64,000 bases of DNA, taken from the NCBI GenBank assembly GCA_035309945.1, contig DATGEQ010000089.1, forward strand, positions 6,854-70,853. The letters are read 5' to 3'. Each line of letters opens with the position of its first letter. Within the stretch, counting starts at the first letter, position 1. Below are positions 1 through 6,920 of this stretch, in pieces. The notes beneath the pieces are model-generated. The model saw nothing but the letters and a program-made list of their open reading frames with translations. It had not been told where the DNA came from and ran no database searches. A program made the translations under genes and the position numbers. Origin of the DNA: Gemmatimonadales bacterium. GTDB lineage: Bacteria; Gemmatimonadota; Gemmatimonadetes; Gemmatimonadales; GWC2-71-9.

Positions 1-226
1 GAAACTTCGTGCGCGTCTCATACGCATACTCGACCGCACGATCGACGCCATAGCAGAACCCGAACTCCCCCGCGAGCCGGAAGGTGAGGTCGCCGACCTC
101 GAGCATGTAACCCGACGCTCGAATCGCATCGACCACGCGACTGTGATAATCGGCGGTCAGCGCGCCTTCGATCGCGCCTTTGAGGCCGAATCCTTTGCGG
201 AAGTACGTCTGTTCCACGGGGCTCAA
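1..226 (-). CDS. ispH: 4-hydroxy-3-methylbut-2-enyl diphosphate reductase IspH, N-terminal ~75 codons only (gene runs off the left edge)
   Basis: My own translation from TTG at 226 gives SPVEQTYFRKGFGLKGAIEGALTADYHSRVVDAIRASGYMLEVGDLTFRLAGEFGFCYGVDRAVEYAYETRTKF. FGFCxGVxRAV is the first Fe-S cysteine motif of IspH/LytB, and the long lead-in resembles cyanobacterial/plant-type IspH. The TTG overlaps the upstream stop as TTGA. GTG at 217 is an alternative start. Confidence 0.75.
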   Translation of the reverse strand, partial: MSPVEQTYFRKGFGLKGAIEGALTADYHSRVVDAIRASGYMLEVGDLTFRLAGEFGFCYGVDRAVEYAYETRTKF

Positions 227-1305
227 TCTAACTGGACGCCGCGGCCGCTGCGGATCGCGTCGAGCACGCGTTGCACCTGCCAGCCGTCACGGAAGGTCGT
301 CGCCTCGCCGCGCGCCGTGCCGCCGCCAATGACGTGCACCATCTCGCGCATCAGTCGCACGAACGAGCGCGCCCACATGTTGTTGGGCTTGGTCCGGTCC
401 CAGAGGTCGTCCGTGGCGGAAATGTCTTCGAGCGGGCCCCCCCCGCCCGACTTGCCGAGCTCGAGTTTCGTCTCACCGGTGAGCAGCAGTGTCCCGGTGC
501 TTCCGGTGATCTGGCCCAGATGTCCCGGTCCGTGATGCGCGACGGTGGTCAACGTAATCGTCGCGGCCACGCCGCTCGCCGTCTGCAGCACGCAGCTCGC
601 AAAGTCGTCCGCGGTGACGGGGCGTACCACGCCGGCGTCGTCCTTGCGCTCCTTGACGAAGGTTTCGACGAGGCCGGCGACGTAGGTGATCTCGCTCGCG
701 GCCCAGAACCGGCACAAGTCGATCAGGTGCGACCCTACGGCGCCGAGAATCCCGCCGCCGCGTGAGGCGTCGAACCACCAATTCCACGGTGCGTCGGAGG
801 CCTGCGGCCGGCCGTCGCCCCTGAGATACGGCTTCAGCGTCAGCTCGATGTGCCGGAGCTCGCCGATAGCATCCGACCGGATGAGCTCGCGGACCCGCCG
901 TCGGTTGGGCTCGTAGCGCAGCTCGTGGTCGATCCATGCGACGCTGCCCGGATGTCGCTCCGACGCCGCCACCATTTGGGCCGCGTCGAACGCATCGAGC
1001 GCCATCGGCTTTTCGCAGAGGACGTGCTTGCCGGCGTCGAGCGCCGCGATGGCGTAGCGCGCGTGCGAGTCGGGGGTCGACGAGACGACGACCAGATCGA
1101 CGTCCGGAGATCGCGCGAGCTCAGTGCCATCCGTGAAGACGTCTGTCAGGCCGAACTCGCGCGCGACGGCTTCGGCATTCTGGCGCCGCCCGCTGGCGAC
1201 GGCGGTGGCCTTGGCGCCGGGCACGAGCGCCAGCGCGGGTAACTGCACGCGCCGCGCAAATCCCGAGCCGATGAAGCCGACGCGCACGTCGCCCGCTTTG
1301 TTCAT
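223..1305 (-). CDS. Gfo/Idh/MocA family NAD(P)-dependent oxidoreductase
   Basis: C-terminal 360 aa of the 538-aa track ORF. Start is ATG 1305 (MNKAGDVRVGFIGSGFARR...). It has a Rossmann GxGxxA motif and an EKP motif (LCEKPMAL). The upstream part of the track ORF is Arg-rich and overlaps other genes. ATGA overlap with the upstream gene. Confidence 0.85.
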   Translation of the reverse strand: MNKAGDVRVGFIGSGFARRVQLPALALVPGAKATAVASGRRQNAEAVAREFGLTDVFTDGTELARSPDVDLVVVSSTPDSHARYAIAALDAGKHVLCEKPMALDAFDAAQMVAASERHPGSVAWIDHELRYEPNRRRVRELIRSDAIGELRHIELTLKPYLRGDGRPQASDAPWNWWFDASRGGGILGAVGSHLIDLCRFWAASEITYVAGLVETFVKERKDDAGVVRPVTADDFASCVLQTASGVAATITLTTVAHHGPGHLGQITGSTGTLLLTGETKLELGKSGGGGPLEDISATDDLWDRTKPNNMWARSFVRLMREMVHVIGGGTARGEATTFRDGWQVQRVLDAIRSGRGVQLD

Positions 1306-1817
1306 GGTTGGAAAGCGCAGGAGATCGTATCGGTCGCGGCCGGCAGGGGAACGTCGTGATAGTCGATGCGGGTCGGCGTGCGAATCCCATTCTCGAGGCC
1401 CGACCCCTGAATGTGGCCACCGATCTTTCGGTCGGCGACGCGCACTTCGACTGTACCGCTGTCGAAGCTGAAGGTGTGCGCGACGTCGCGCAGCAGATAG
1501 CGCACCGTCACCGTCGCTCCCGCGTTCAACGTGTCGGACGGGACGACGACCCGATAGGTTGCCGGCACGAGACTGTCGCGATACCGGAGACGCACCAGCA
1601 CGCCGCTGCCCTCCGGGCTCACGGCCTCGATCAGCATTGTGTGGCCGCCCCCGCCCCCGCCCCCGCCCCCGCAGCGACGCATCCGCGCGGGCAACGAGAT
1701 GTGCACGGTGTCGCGCGGTGGAAACGCCACGTCGGCGTCGACGAGGTGTGGACCCGCTTCCTCGACGCTCGCGCCGTTGCAGCTCGCGAGCAGCAGCAGG
1801 GCAGGGAGGGCTTTCAG
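1302..1817 (-). CDS. Small secreted lipoprotein of unknown function with an internal Gly9 run
   Basis: The frame is open upstream of the track start (GTG 1730). Read from CTG 1817 it gives (M)KALPALLLLASCNGASVEEAG..., a lipoprotein signal peptide with lipobox LLASC. The stop TGA overlaps the next ATG (ATGA), and the CTG overlaps the previous stop (CTGA). The start codon is uncertain; the conservative alternative is 1302..1730. Confidence 0.6.
   Translation of the reverse strand: MKALPALLLLASCNGASVEEAGPHLVDADVAFPPRDTVHISLPARMRRCGGGGGGGGGHTMLIEAVSPEGSGVLVRLRYRDSLVPATYRVVVPSDTLNAGATVTVRYLLRDVAHTFSFDSGTVEVRVADRKIGGHIQGSGLENGIRTPTRIDYHDVPLPAATDTISCAFQP
1644..1672 (-). repeat. Hexanucleotide simple-sequence repeat, (GCCCCC)4 on the plus strand and (GGGGGC)4 on the coding strand
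   Basis: Read directly: gcc gcccccgcccccgcccccgccccc gc. It encodes CGGGGGGGGGH in the lipoprotein. Confidence 0.9.
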
Positions 1818-2290
1818 CGCGGCGATGACGCGACTCCAAGAAAGGCGCGCGCGGCGTCGGGGCTCAGCGTATGCGGTGCGAGGGAGGCAACTAAGCCGGG
1901 CGGCAGGGCAGTGGGTTTCAGTTTCTTACGATCGACACACACGAGCACCATCCACCCCGCAGCGCCCAGCGACGTCGAGCTCGCGCGCAGGACGTCGAAA
2001 TGGAGCGTCAGCGACTTCGTGCCGACTTTACCGACGTATGCCGCGATGCGCAGCCGATCGTCGAGACGCGCGGGCCAGTAGAACTCGCTGTGAACGGCCT
2101 TGCGCGGGAGAAAGATGTCGTACTGGTCGAACATCCGTGCATAGGCCAGGCCGCAGTGCCGAAACATTTCCGTTTCGGCGATCTCGAACAGCCGCACGTA
2201 CGAACCGTAAAAAATGATGCCGGCGAAGTCTACGTCAGACCAGCGGACGTACTCTTCGATGACGAATGGCTGCGGTGCGGGGGATCCCAT
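1814..2290 (-). CDS. Acyl-CoA thioesterase, hotdog fold (YbgC/4HBT-like)
   Basis: 158 aa. YVRWSDVDFAGIIFYGSYVRLFEIAETEMFRHCG matches the 4-hydroxybenzoyl-CoA thioesterase/YbgC signature. Confidence 0.8.
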   Translation of the reverse strand: MGSPAPQPFVIEEYVRWSDVDFAGIIFYGSYVRLFEIAETEMFRHCGLAYARMFDQYDIFLPRKAVHSEFYWPARLDDRLRIAAYVGKVGTKSLTLHFDVLRASSTSLGAAGWMVLVCVDRKKLKPTALPPGLVASLAPHTLSPDAARAFLGVASSPR

Positions 2291-2310
2291 CCCCCGGAGA
2301 AGCTAGGAGC

Positions 2311-2760
2311 CTACGGAGAGGCGCGGTAGCCGTCCATCCCGTAGGACTTGAGCCGTCGCCACAACGTCGTACGACTGATGCCGAGCCGGCGGGCGGTCTC
2401 TGCGAGCTTGCCGCTCGTGTCCTGCAGCGTGGCGGTGATGGCTTGGCGTTCGCGCTCGGCGAGAGTGAGCGGGCCAGTCGAAGGGAGGAAAGCTGCTTCA
2501 CCAAGATTCTGAGTGCCGTTGCGTAGCGACGTGAATCTGGCGCCGAGAGTCTGCAGACGGTTGCGCACATCGCCGCCGTTTCCACCGTGGCTTCCGTTCT
2601 GCGAGTCGACGACGCGTCTGGCCGCAGCGTTCGCATACAGCAGCCGGCCCTGTTGATCAAAGACGACGACACCTTCGCTGACGGAATCGATGACGGCCCG
2701 TACCAATGGGGAGAATGCGGCGGGCACGGTCGTGCCGGGACTGACAGGCTTGTCGATCAT
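2311..2760 (-). CDS. Small transcriptional regulator: PAS-like N-terminal fragment plus Fis-type helix-turn-helix
   Basis: The C-terminus LAERERQAITATLQDTSGKLAETARRLGISRTTLWRRLKSYG is a Fis/NtrC-type HTH. The N-terminus SEGVVVFDQQGRLLYANAAARRVV is PAS-like. ATG 2760 is preceded by GAGGA. GTG 2814 is an alternative start. Confidence 0.7.
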   Translation of the reverse strand: MIDKPVSPGTTVPAAFSPLVRAVIDSVSEGVVVFDQQGRLLYANAAARRVVDSQNGSHGGNGGDVRNRLQTLGARFTSLRNGTQNLGEAAFLPSTGPLTLAERERQAITATLQDTSGKLAETARRLGISRTTLWRRLKSYGMDGYRASP

Positions 2761-2965
2761 TGGTTGGTTGTCCTCTTCCAGATGATGCGGGTCCAAGGTT
2801 TCATCTTGCACCAACCCACAGGAGCTTTCGTGTCAAGATGAGACTCGGTCAGCGGGCAAAAAGTTGCTCTGCGCGCGATTTCTTTGTGACTTCTTAATGC
2901 GGCACGCCGCCCCGTGAGACCCGCGTCTCCTACCACACGCATAAGACGGCGGTTGCTGGAAAGTG

Positions 2966-5524
2966 TTAGCGGCGCCGACGGCGCCGGGCACCGCGCGTCA
3001 TGCGGGCGCGCTGCGCGCTTCCCAAACCCCGCAATCCCTGGCGCAGCTCCTCGAGCGAGCTCGCCCGCACCGCCTCATGCTTGCCGCGAGTGACCGTAAA
3101 GCGGACAGGTCGATCGAAAGGCGGCAAGTCGTTCGGACGGAGCCGCCGCGCTTGCCCCTCTTTGAGTCGCAGCCGAATCACGCCCGTGCCCTGTTCGACC
3201 TCGTAGTCGACCGGCACGCGGTCGCCATACAGAAAGATGGACCCCGGCAGCGCGTCGAGCCGCTCTCTCTCGTGCTCCGGCACGGCCGCATCCGCATCCA
3301 GGTGTATGCGCGTGCCGATGAATTCGTCCCAGGAATTCACCGCGGAGAGTTGCGCGGCGATCTCCGCGCCAACGTGCTCTGCACCTGCCTGCGTCAGGCG
3401 GCCGCCGGACCGCCGCCAGTAGTGACCGAGTCGTTCGAGCACCCGCCGGATTTTCGCTTGATCGGGGTGAGGCGTCGCACCACCGAGCACGGCCTCGACG
3501 AGTGCGTGGCGCGCGGAATCCGCCAGCTCCGGCGGAAACGGACCTGCTAAGGCTTCCACTTCACGGTCGAGTGTGAACCCGAAATACTCACGCGTGCGCA
3601 CCACCATCAGGCCTTCGCGGCGGCGCTGCCGCTCGAACACAACCTCCGGTCGGTCGCGGCGCGCGTAACGACGGATGGCGCGCTCCGGCACCTGAGTGCC
3701 TTCGATGCTGGCGCGCGGGACGCCGAAGCGGTCGGCGAAATAGCGGAGCGACCCTGCGATCGCTCCCCAGCTTCCGCAAACCGAGCTGCGGCTGACGCGC
3801 GCCTCGCGGCCGTCCGCGGTCTGCTCGTCGATCACCAGATCGAACGGCATGATCTTGGCCAACAGTTCGGTGAACAGCTCGAGGCTCGGGCGATCGCCGT
3901 ATGGCATCTTTGGGGGGAGGGCCAGCTCCAATTGCCGATAGACCGACGCGGTGCCCAGCGCGATGTCTTCGATCGCTTTCACGAGTACGCCGCGCTCTTC
4001 CGCCCAGCGCTCGATGTCCTGCTCGCGAAACAGGTGGCGGGGCAAGCCATACACTTCACCCAGATAGCCGTGCTTGTTCACCGCTTCCGCATAGACGTTG
4101 TAGGCCGTGATGTGATCGGAGCCCGGCACGATCAACCCGCCGAGTTGCCGTTCCTCGCGCGTCATGCGATGCAGCGATTCGATGTTCGACGACACAGCCA
4201 CATACGGCACGAGGGCCGAGTCGGCATGGTACAGCAGCTCCCCCCAGGGCCGCTCCACCGGCATCGCCTCGACATCGCGGCCGTACGTCGTCAAACGCCC
4301 GTTCGCGACGAGGCCTCGCTCGGTCAGCAGCTGCACGCTTTCGCGGTAGGCGCGCCGATCGAGCGGCACGGGCAAATCGAGCTCCGCCGCGTCCACCCCA
4401 ATCGCCGCGCACGTGATCGCGACGCGTTCGGCATCGCCCGCCAGCTGGAACTCGGGCGCCGTCGGGCGCAGGTTCTCGAACGCGAGATCGCGATCGCTGA
4501 GAATGTAGACCTCTCCCTGCTCGACTCTGCCGTGCACGCGACCGGCCATCTGGAGGATCTCATTCGCACCGAGGTACGCGCGTGTCAGCACGTTCTTGCC
4601 GCGCTCTACGACGTTGGTGTAGCGCGCGTCGTAGATCACGACGGTGTCGAGCCCGCGAATATTGAGCGCGGATTGCCCGGCGGCTGTCATCGCGAGCAGG
4701 AAGGGACGCTTGACCAATCCGTCGAGAAACGGCCGAATCACCCGGATCGGCTCGCCGCCGTGGTAAAACGCCGTCGCGAGATTGGGCCAGCGGTCGCCGA
4801 GCTCGGTCGCGATCTGTTCGACCTCAGCGCGGGTCGGAACGAATACGGCGACGCCGCGACGCTCGCGCATCACCCGCTTGACGAAGCGATCGTTCAAGAA
4901 CTCGAGCGGCTGCTCAGCCAGAACATTGACCTGTGCCGCCTTCGCGGGATCGAACGCGCGCGTTTCGAGGACTTCGGCGGAAGCGAGATAGTCGGCGTAG
5001 AACGTGGGATCGACCGTGGCGGACAGCCAGATGAACCGACACCGCGCGCGCTTGCCGAGTGCCAGGCACAGCTCCATCTCCGCCGAGGTCTGATGGATTT
5101 CGTCGACGACGAGCGTATCGTGCGGCGTGATCAAGCCGTCCTGAAACCAGCGGCGCGCAATCCCGGTGGTGACGATGACCACATTCCAGGTTGGCGTCTC
5201 GGGCGTCGCTTCGCGCTCGCGATTGACCACGCCGACCTTGAGGGGGGCGTTGAGAATCGTTTCCGCCATACTGCGAATGGCGAGCGTCTTGCCGGTGCCC
5301 GTTCCCGCGACGATTCCGAAACCCTTCCCGGACGCCGCCAGGCGCCGAATGTCATCGCCGTGCTCGCGTTCCAGCAGCGTCTCCAGCTCGAGGCCGAGCG
5401 CCAGTTCGATGGTCTCGCAGGCCGCACGCGTCGGCGCGATGACGATGACCCGGCCAGTAGTCGGTTCGGCTGCGAGGAATGCCTGGGGATCGGGAGGAAG
5501 AGAATGGTCGCGAGCGATACGCAC
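2966..5524 (-). CDS. DEAH-box ATP-dependent helicase (HrpA/HrpB-like)
   Basis: 852 aa with a GTG start. It carries Walker A GTGTGKT, DEIH, SAT and a QMAGR motif VI-like segment, followed by a long C-terminal extension ending in an Arg-rich tail. Confidence 0.85.
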   Translation of the reverse strand: MRIARDHSLPPDPQAFLAAEPTTGRVIVIAPTRAACETIELALGLELETLLEREHGDDIRRLAASGKGFGIVAGTGTGKTLAIRSMAETILNAPLKVGVVNREREATPETPTWNVVIVTTGIARRWFQDGLITPHDTLVVDEIHQTSAEMELCLALGKRARCRFIWLSATVDPTFYADYLASAEVLETRAFDPAKAAQVNVLAEQPLEFLNDRFVKRVMRERRGVAVFVPTRAEVEQIATELGDRWPNLATAFYHGGEPIRVIRPFLDGLVKRPFLLAMTAAGQSALNIRGLDTVVIYDARYTNVVERGKNVLTRAYLGANEILQMAGRVHGRVEQGEVYILSDRDLAFENLRPTAPEFQLAGDAERVAITCAAIGVDAAELDLPVPLDRRAYRESVQLLTERGLVANGRLTTYGRDVEAMPVERPWGELLYHADSALVPYVAVSSNIESLHRMTREERQLGGLIVPGSDHITAYNVYAEAVNKHGYLGEVYGLPRHLFREQDIERWAEERGVLVKAIEDIALGTASVYRQLELALPPKMPYGDRPSLELFTELLAKIMPFDLVIDEQTADGREARVSRSSVCGSWGAIAGSLRYFADRFGVPRASIEGTQVPERAIRRYARRDRPEVVFERQRRREGLMVVRTREYFGFTLDREVEALAGPFPPELADSARHALVEAVLGGATPHPDQAKIRRVLERLGHYWRRSGGRLTQAGAEHVGAEIAAQLSAVNSWDEFIGTRIHLDADAAVPEHERERLDALPGSIFLYGDRVPVDYEVEQGTGVIRLRLKEGQARRLRPNDLPPFDRPVRFTVTRGKHEAVRASSLEELRQGLRGLGSAQRARMTRGARRRRRR

Positions 5525-5579
5525 CGCTGGAATATAGAAAGGCGAGAGGCACCGAGGAGCCTCGCGCCGCGTCCCCTAA

Positions 5580-6641
5580 TTAATCGCCGAAGCTGACGCC
5601 GAGATCGCGAGCCGTGGCGATGGAGTCGGAGTCGAGCGGCACGCGTCGCGGGGTCGCGAGGGCTTGTTCGAGAGAAACGGAAACGATACGCGGCGGCTGC
5701 AGCGCCACCATCATCCCGAATTGCCGCTCCGCCACCAGTCGAACGGCGGCAGCGCCGAAGCGCAGTGCGAGGAGTCGGTCAAACGTCGTAGGGCTGCCAC
5801 CGCGCTGCAGGTGTCCCAACACGAGCGAGCGCGTCTCCTTCCCGGTCATCTGTTCGATCGAGTGCGCGAGCTTGTCGGCGATGCCGCCCAGCCGCTCGGG
5901 AGCCGGATCGATCTGTGAAACGGTCCCCCCTTTCGGGACGGCGCCTTCGGCAGTCACGACGATACTGAAGTGTCTGCCTTCGGCTTCCCGACGCCGGATC
6001 TTGTCGCACACCTTGTCGATATCGAACGGGATTTCGGGAATCAGGATGACGTCCGCGGAGCCAGCGATGCCGGAGTTGAGCGCGATGAAGCCGGCATTGC
6101 GGCCCATCACCTCCACCACCATCACGCGTTCGTGGCTCTCGGCGGTCGTGTGCACCTTGTCGATGGCATCCGTGGCGACGGCCGTGTCGAACCCAAACGT
6201 CGCGACCGTGCCGCCGACGTCGTTGTCGATGGTCTTCGGCACCCCGACGAGCGGTAGTCCTTTTTTCCAGAGACTGAGGGCGATACCGAGCGTCCCCTCG
6301 CCGCCGATGGCGACAAGGGCATCGAGCCGGTTCTCGCGAAACGACTCGAGCAGCTCATGCGTGCGGTCGCGCTCTTCGAACGTGCCGTCCGGACGCTGCA
6401 CCCGCCACTTGAGAGGATTGGCACGGTTCGACGTGCCGAGGATGGTGCCGCCCAGGTTGGTGATGCCGCGGACTTCCTGGGGGCCGAGCGGCATGAACTC
6501 CACCTCGCCGAGCAGGCTCCCGAAGCCGCGCTTGATTCCGACGCATTCCCAGCCGCGATGAGCGGCGCTGAGTACGACGGCGCGGATGACGGCATTCAAC
6601 CCGGGCGCGTCGCCGCCGCCCGTGGAGACTGCAACCCTCAA
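5580..6641 (-). CDS. pfk: 6-phosphofructokinase
   Basis: 353 aa. Contains GGGDAPGLNAVIRAVV, IGGEGT and PKTIDNDV motifs. The TTG start overlaps the upstream stop (TTGA). Confidence 0.9.
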   Translation of the reverse strand: MRVAVSTGGGDAPGLNAVIRAVVLSAAHRGWECVGIKRGFGSLLGEVEFMPLGPQEVRGITNLGGTILGTSNRANPLKWRVQRPDGTFEERDRTHELLESFRENRLDALVAIGGEGTLGIALSLWKKGLPLVGVPKTIDNDVGGTVATFGFDTAVATDAIDKVHTTAESHERVMVVEVMGRNAGFIALNSGIAGSADVILIPEIPFDIDKVCDKIRRREAEGRHFSIVVTAEGAVPKGGTVSQIDPAPERLGGIADKLAHSIEQMTGKETRSLVLGHLQRGGSPTTFDRLLALRFGAAAVRLVAERQFGMMVALQPPRIVSVSLEQALATPRRVPLDSDSIATARDLGVSFGD

Positions 6642-6865
6642 CGAGCCTCGCGAATCAACCGCAGCACTTCGCCGGGTTCGGCGTGCCGCTTTGTGGCCTT
6701 CTTGGAGAACACACGCCGTCCATCGAGGTCCACCTCGAAGACGCCGCCCGATGATTGGATCAACCGCACGTCAGCGTGCGGGTATGCGTCGCGGATCTCG
6801 GCCGCCAGACCGGTGGCCCGAGGCTCGTAGTTTCAGATGACGCAGTATTCGATGGTGACGGTCAT
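6638..6865 (-). CDS. SelW/Rdx-family selenoprotein (75 aa) with an in-frame UGA (Sec) at 6833..6835
   Basis: The product is MTVTIEYCVI-U-NYEPRATGLAAEIRDAYPHADVRLIQSSGGVFEVDLDGRRVFSKKATKRHAEPGEVLRLIREAR. It has a CxxU redox motif and the GGxFEV core typical of the Rdx family. The reading frame is maintained across the TGA, and a SECIS-like hairpin follows. Confidence 0.75.
6797..6822 (-). promoter_or_regulatory. Candidate bacterial SECIS hairpin
   Basis: On the mRNA, 10 nt after the UGA: CUCGGGCCACC GGUCU GGCGGCCGAG. This forms about 10 bp with one bulged G and one A-C mismatch. The GGUC-containing apical loop resembles the loop of the E. coli fdhF SECIS. Confidence 0.55.
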
Positions 6866-6872
6866 GGCGTGA

Positions 6873-6878
6873 AGGATA
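6873..6878 (-). promoter_or_regulatory. Candidate -10 box (TATCCT) 7 nt upstream of the selenoprotein ATG
   Basis: The minus strand reads GACTATCCTTCACGCC-ATG. I see no Shine-Dalgarno sequence, so the geometry is leaderless-type. Confidence 0.3.
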
Positions 6879-6885
6879 GTCGCGC

Positions 6886-6914
6886 TTGACACCCCGCGCC
6901 ACGGCGCCGACCTT
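6886..6914 (+). promoter_or_regulatory. Candidate promoter: TTGACA-N17-GACCTT-N6-ATG
   Basis: Perfect -35 at 6886..6891, a 17-nt spacer and a weak -10 at 6909..6914. The ATG of the chemoreceptor gene begins 7 nt after the -10. Confidence 0.3.
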
Positions 6915-6920
6915 CGCGGC

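Noticed and set aside
1639-2217. Plus-strand ORF beginning MWPPPPPPPPPQ
   Set aside because: The poly-Pro run is simply the reverse complement of the (GGGGGC)4 Gly run. The ORF is antisense to the lipoprotein and thioesterase genes.
2852-2866. Sigma-54-like GG-N10-TTGCT element on the plus strand
   Set aside because: The spacing fits a -24/-12 promoter, but no plus-strand gene lies downstream; it points into the 3' end of the helicase gene. It is probably a chance match.
2966-5524. Helicase considered as the core of a defence system
   Set aside because: It stands alone. No nuclease, methylase, ATPase partner or other defence-type gene is adjacent, and its neighbours are pfk and a small regulator.
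3932-5596. 554-aa plus-strand ORF
   Set aside because: It is entirely antisense to the DEAH helicase gene, which has clear motifs. Its composition is Arg/Ala/Asp-rich with no recognisable domain. This is a typical high-GC shadow ORF.
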